Below, in pieces: positions 61,027 to 64,000 of a stretch of DNA of 64,000 nt. The stretch comes from an uncultured Alphaproteobacteria bacterium (GTDB lineage: Bacteria > Pseudomonadota > Alphaproteobacteria > UBA7985 > CAJQQZ01). The translations under genes were made by a program, and so were the position numbers. The stretch spans positions 556 to 64,555 of the forward strand of contig CAJQQZ010000046.1 in the NCBI GenBank assembly GCA_905480575.1. The letters run 5' to 3'. Within the stretch, counting starts at the first letter, position 1. Every line of letters begins with the position of its first letter. Below the pieces are notes generated by a model, which worked only from the letters and a program-made list of their open reading frames with translations, was not told the DNA's origin and searched no databases.

Positions 61027-62226
61027 ATGACAGGTCAATTTCTTAATCACATTTCGGAAACACTAGAGGCAATTGAAGCCGAAGGCCTTTACAAGCGTGA
61101 ACGGCCGATCGTTTCACCGCAATCGGGACGGATCACCGTCGGGCTAGGAAGCGGCAGCGAGCGCAAGGTGATCAATCTTTGCGCTAACAATTATCTTGGG
61201 TTGGCCGATCATCCTCGTCTAATCGCCGCCGCTAAGGGTGCCATGGACGACTATGGTTATGGCATGGCAAGTGTCCGCTTCATCTGTGGCACACAGGATC
61301 TGCATCGTGAGTTGGAGCAAGCCCTGGCACGGTTTCTCGGGAAAGACGATGCTATTCTTTTTGCCGCTTGTTTCGATGCCAACGGCGGATTGTTTGAGCC
61401 GCTTTTAGGCCCACAAGAGGCGATCATTTCAGACAGTCTAAACCACGCCTCGATTATTGATGGTGTTCGACTTTGTAAGGCACGGCGCTATCGCTTTGCC
61501 AACTCAGATATGACAGACCTTGAGGCCAAACTGAAAGAAGCACAGGCGGCTGGTGCCCGCTTCATCATGATTGCCACCGACGGTGTGTTCTCTATGGATG
61601 GTTATTTGGCCAATCTGTCAGAAATCACACGTCTGGCACGCCAGTATAACGCCCAGGTTATGGTTGATGATTGCCACGCGACAGGGTTTATGGGACCAAG
61701 GGGGGCTGGTACACCGGATCACCATGGTGTTGAGGTTGATATTCTTTCGGGCACTTTGGGTAAAGCTTTGGGCGGTGCTGTTGGGGGATATATCGCCGGA
61801 CCACAGCCAGTGATCGACTTGTTGCGCCAAAGAGCGCGGCCCTATCTATTCTCGAACTCTCTGCCGCCCGGCGTCGTGGCTGCTGGGATCGAAGCGTTGA
61901 AACTGATCACTGAAGGTGACAGCTTGCGGGCTCGACTTTTCAGCAATGCTGCCTATTGGCGCTCTGGCTTGGCCGAACTGGGATTTGAATTGTTGCCCGG
62001 CGAACACCCAATAATTCCCGTTATGCTGGGGGATGCGAAACTGAGCCAGGATATGGCGGCACGGCTGTTCGAGTTAGGGGTTTTTGTAACCGGTTTTTTC
62101 TTTCCCGTTGTGCCAAAAGGGCAGGCACGAATACGCACTCAAATGAACGCGAGCCTGACACGCGAAGATCTTGACAAAGCCTTGGCCGCTTTTGCAACAG
62201 CCGGTCGCGAACTGGGAGTGATTTGA
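61027..62226 (+). CDS. kbl: glycine C-acetyltransferase (2-amino-3-ketobutyrate CoA ligase)
   Basis: 399-aa PLP-dependent acyl-CoA transferase of the alpha-oxoamine synthase family ([12 protein letters not shown] lysine context), immediately upstream of tdh. Confidence 0.9.
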   Translation: MTGQFLNHISETLEAIEAEGLYKRERPIVSPQSGRITVGLGSGSERKVINLCANNYLGLADHPRLIAAAKGAMDDYGYGMASVRFICGTQDLHRELEQALARFLGKDDAILFAACFDANGGLFEPLLGPQEAIISDSLNHASIIDGVRLCKARRYRFANSDMTDLEAKLKEAQAAGARFIMIATDGVFSMDGYLANLSEITRLARQYNAQVMVDDCHATGFMGPRGAGTPDHHGVEVDILSGTLGKALGGAVGGYIAGPQPVIDLLRQRARPYLFSNSLPPGVVAAGIEALKLITEGDSLRARLFSNAAYWRSGLAELGFELLPGEHPIIPVMLGDAKLSQDMAARLFELGVFVTGFFFPVVPKGQARIRTQMNASLTREDLDKALAAFATAGRELGVI

Positions 62227-63302
62227 TGAGTGAGACCATGAAATGCTTAGTCAAATCCCAGGCAGAAAAAGGGCTTTGGATGGAACAGCGAGAAATTCCA
62301 AAAATCGGACCAGATGATGTGTTGATCAGGGTCAAAAAAACTGGCCTCTGTGGAACAGATGCTCATATCTGGAATTGGGATGATTGGTCACAACGCACCG
62401 TGCCCGTTGGGCTGGTTACGGGCCATGAATTTGCAGGTGAGATTGTCGAGTTGGGGCAAAATGTGCATGATCTAGAGATCGGTCAGCGCTGTTCCGGCGA
62501 GGGGCACCTGATTGGGCACCTTTCTCGTCAGGTACGTGCCGGACGGTTCCATCTTGATCCAGAAACCAGGGGTATTGGGGTCAACGTGGACGGCGCATTC
62601 GCCGAATACCTAAAACTCCCCGCATTCAATGTCGTGCCGTTGCCCGACACGATACCAGATGAGATTGGGGCCATCCTCGACCCTTTGGGTAATGCTGTGC
62701 ATACAGCCTTGTCCTTTGATCTGGTTGGTGAGGATGTCTTGATCACTGGTGCAGGACCAATTGGTGTTATGGCCGCTGCGGTCGCTAAGCATGTCGGTGC
62801 GCGTCATGTTGTGATCACGGATGTTAATCAAACACGGCTTGATCTGGCAGCTCAGGTGACCGATGTCGTCACGGTAAATGTCACCACAACTGACTTGTTA
62901 GAAGTCACGTCAGGGCTTGGTATGAAGCAAGGCTTTGACGTGGGGTTGGAGATGTCTGGAAACCAAGTTGCTTTTGATCAGATGGTCGAAGCGATGGTCA
63001 TGGGCGGTCAAGTTGCCATGTTAGGCATCCCCCCAGGGAAATCTCAGGTGGATTGGTCGCGCATTGTCTTTAAGGCTTTGACCATAAAAGGGGTTTACGG
63101 CCGCGAGATCTTCGAAACCTGGTACAAGATGATCGCGATGCTGGAAGATGGGCTCGATGTTTCACGCATAATTACTCACCATTTCCCTGCTAACAACTTC
63201 GAACAGGGGTTCGCAGCAATGCTGTCGGGCGATTCAGGTAAAGTCGTGCTGGATTGGGCCGTAGGAAGTGAAGAGCGTGAGATAAATATCAGCGCGAGGT
63301 AA
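62223..63302 (+). CDS. tdh: L-threonine 3-dehydrogenase
   Basis: 359-aa zinc-dependent MDR family member ([27 protein letters not shown]). The 4-nt overlap with kbl indicates an operon. Confidence 0.95.
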   Translation: MMSETMKCLVKSQAEKGLWMEQREIPKIGPDDVLIRVKKTGLCGTDAHIWNWDDWSQRTVPVGLVTGHEFAGEIVELGQNVHDLEIGQRCSGEGHLIGHLSRQVRAGRFHLDPETRGIGVNVDGAFAEYLKLPAFNVVPLPDTIPDEIGAILDPLGNAVHTALSFDLVGEDVLITGAGPIGVMAAAVAKHVGARHVVITDVNQTRLDLAAQVTDVVTVNVTTTDLLEVTSGLGMKQGFDVGLEMSGNQVAFDQMVEAMVMGGQVAMLGIPPGKSQVDWSRIVFKALTIKGVYGREIFETWYKMIAMLEDGLDVSRIITHHFPANNFEQGFAAMLSGDSGKVVLDWAVGSEEREINISAR

Positions 63303-63411
63303 CGCTGTTGTTCTTGGCTCATGGCCCCTATTGTTAGTTGCACTGCTAGGACTTTGGATATTTGTGACGCGTCCCCGAATAGTCGCGTCCTATGAGACTA
63401 ATATTCAATTA

Positions 63412-63975
63412 TTAAAATCCGCACCGTAAACAGTCTGGCGTACCCGGAATAATCTCCTGCTTTGTGTTAATAATGGCAAGGCGTGAACCTGCCCTGGATC
63501 GCCAGGCCTTGCCCTGGGAATACATCAAAAACCCACGTTCACTGGTCGCCCAATGGATGAGTACAACCTTGGAAGCGCCGCCACGATAACCACCGTACCA
63601 AAGCGCATTTGCCGGAGGGGTAAGCCCCAAAAGGCTGGCCCTTATTTCATCCATCGTCATTGAGCGACTAAACCAAGCGCGGTACAAGGGAGCACTCACC
63701 TGGAAGACTGCATCGTGATATTCTGATGCCGTCGCATAGGCCAGATATCCAAGAGACGTCGAAACAAACTTCGCAATGTTGAAAGATCGTTGATACCCAC
63801 CTGCTTTGTGAATGTGACGTAATCTCAGTCCTTTGCGGACCTTGACTAGGTTTTGCAACACGGCAGCTACATTCGGTGCCAACCGCTGAAAAACCGACAT
63901 AACCATGCCATATTGACCCAAGCTTTGGCGAAACTCCTTTGCCGCTATGTTAAAGGTATCAAGATCGATTTCCAT
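63412..63975 (-). CDS. hypothetical protein (N-terminus may lie beyond the window end)
   Basis: 187-aa ORF on the minus strand whose first Met lies only 25 nt from the window edge. No confidently recognised motif. Confidence 0.35.
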   Translation of the reverse strand: MEIDLDTFNIAAKEFRQSLGQYGMVMSVFQRLAPNVAAVLQNLVKVRKGLRLRHIHKAGGYQRSFNIAKFVSTSLGYLAYATASEYHDAVFQVSAPLYRAWFSRSMTMDEIRASLLGLTPPANALWYGGYRGGASKVVLIHWATSERGFLMYSQGKAWRSRAGSRLAIINTKQEIIPGTPDCLRCGF

Positions 63976-64000
63976 GAAAGCGTCGATTTTGAAGCTGAGG

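Noticed and set aside
29348-63302. Looked for defence islands, toxin-antitoxin pairs, mobile elements and phage remnants across the conserved second half of the window
   Set aside because: Gene order follows well-known conserved housekeeping blocks (lptFGD-surA-pdxA-rsmA; yicC-gmk; fabD-G-acpP-fabF-mltG; rpsF-rpsR-rplI-dnaB-alr; radA-cvpA-purF; yfgM-bamB-der). There are no integrase, transposase, nuclease or NTPase ORFs of unknown function, and no abrupt compositional shifts that I could see by eye.

Overview
This 64-kb window reads as a gene-dense chromosomal segment of an alphaproteobacterium-like genome (about 50% GC). That lineage is inferred from gene content and synteny: lptF-lptG-lptD-surA-pdxA-rsmA, a DksA that lacks the zinc finger, a GAAC-N7-type SOS box near recA, and yfgM-bamB-der. 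About 60 protein-coding genes can be supported, nearly all housekeeping:
- Met/Leu/Asp biosynthesis: metY, leuC/D/B, asd.
- tRNA and translation: alaS, gluQ, rpsF-rpsR-rplI, der.
- Replication and repair: recA, dnaB, radA.
- Lipid and envelope: fabD-fabG-acpP-fabF-mltG, lptFGD, surA, bamB, mlaEF.
- Purine: purF.
- Threonine catabolism: kbl-tdh.
- A two-gene NAD-type formate dehydrogenase (fdsB-fdsA).

I found no rRNA, tRNA, CRISPR array, transposase, integrase or phage genes. Six rho-independent terminators are annotated as features, and several operator-like palindromes are visible. The least conserved-looking stretch is about 24.3-29.3 kb, between the fdsA terminator and lptF. It contains, in order:
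- an orphan transcript-like region bounded by two strong terminators;
- a gamma-carbonic-anhydrase-like gene;
- an APH/choline-kinase-like phosphotransferase;
- a HAL/PAL-family lyase whose MIO (Ala-Ser-Gly) triad appears absent;
- a divergently transcribed ornithine-cyclodeaminase/mu-crystallin homologue.

Other oddities are a trypsin-like lipoprotein inserted between leuC and leuD, an apparently fused FdsG-FdsB subunit, and a secreted Pro/Gln-rich protein. I see no convincing evidence of a defence island or a wholly new multi-gene system. The findings below are modest, testable observations, not a claimed discovery.
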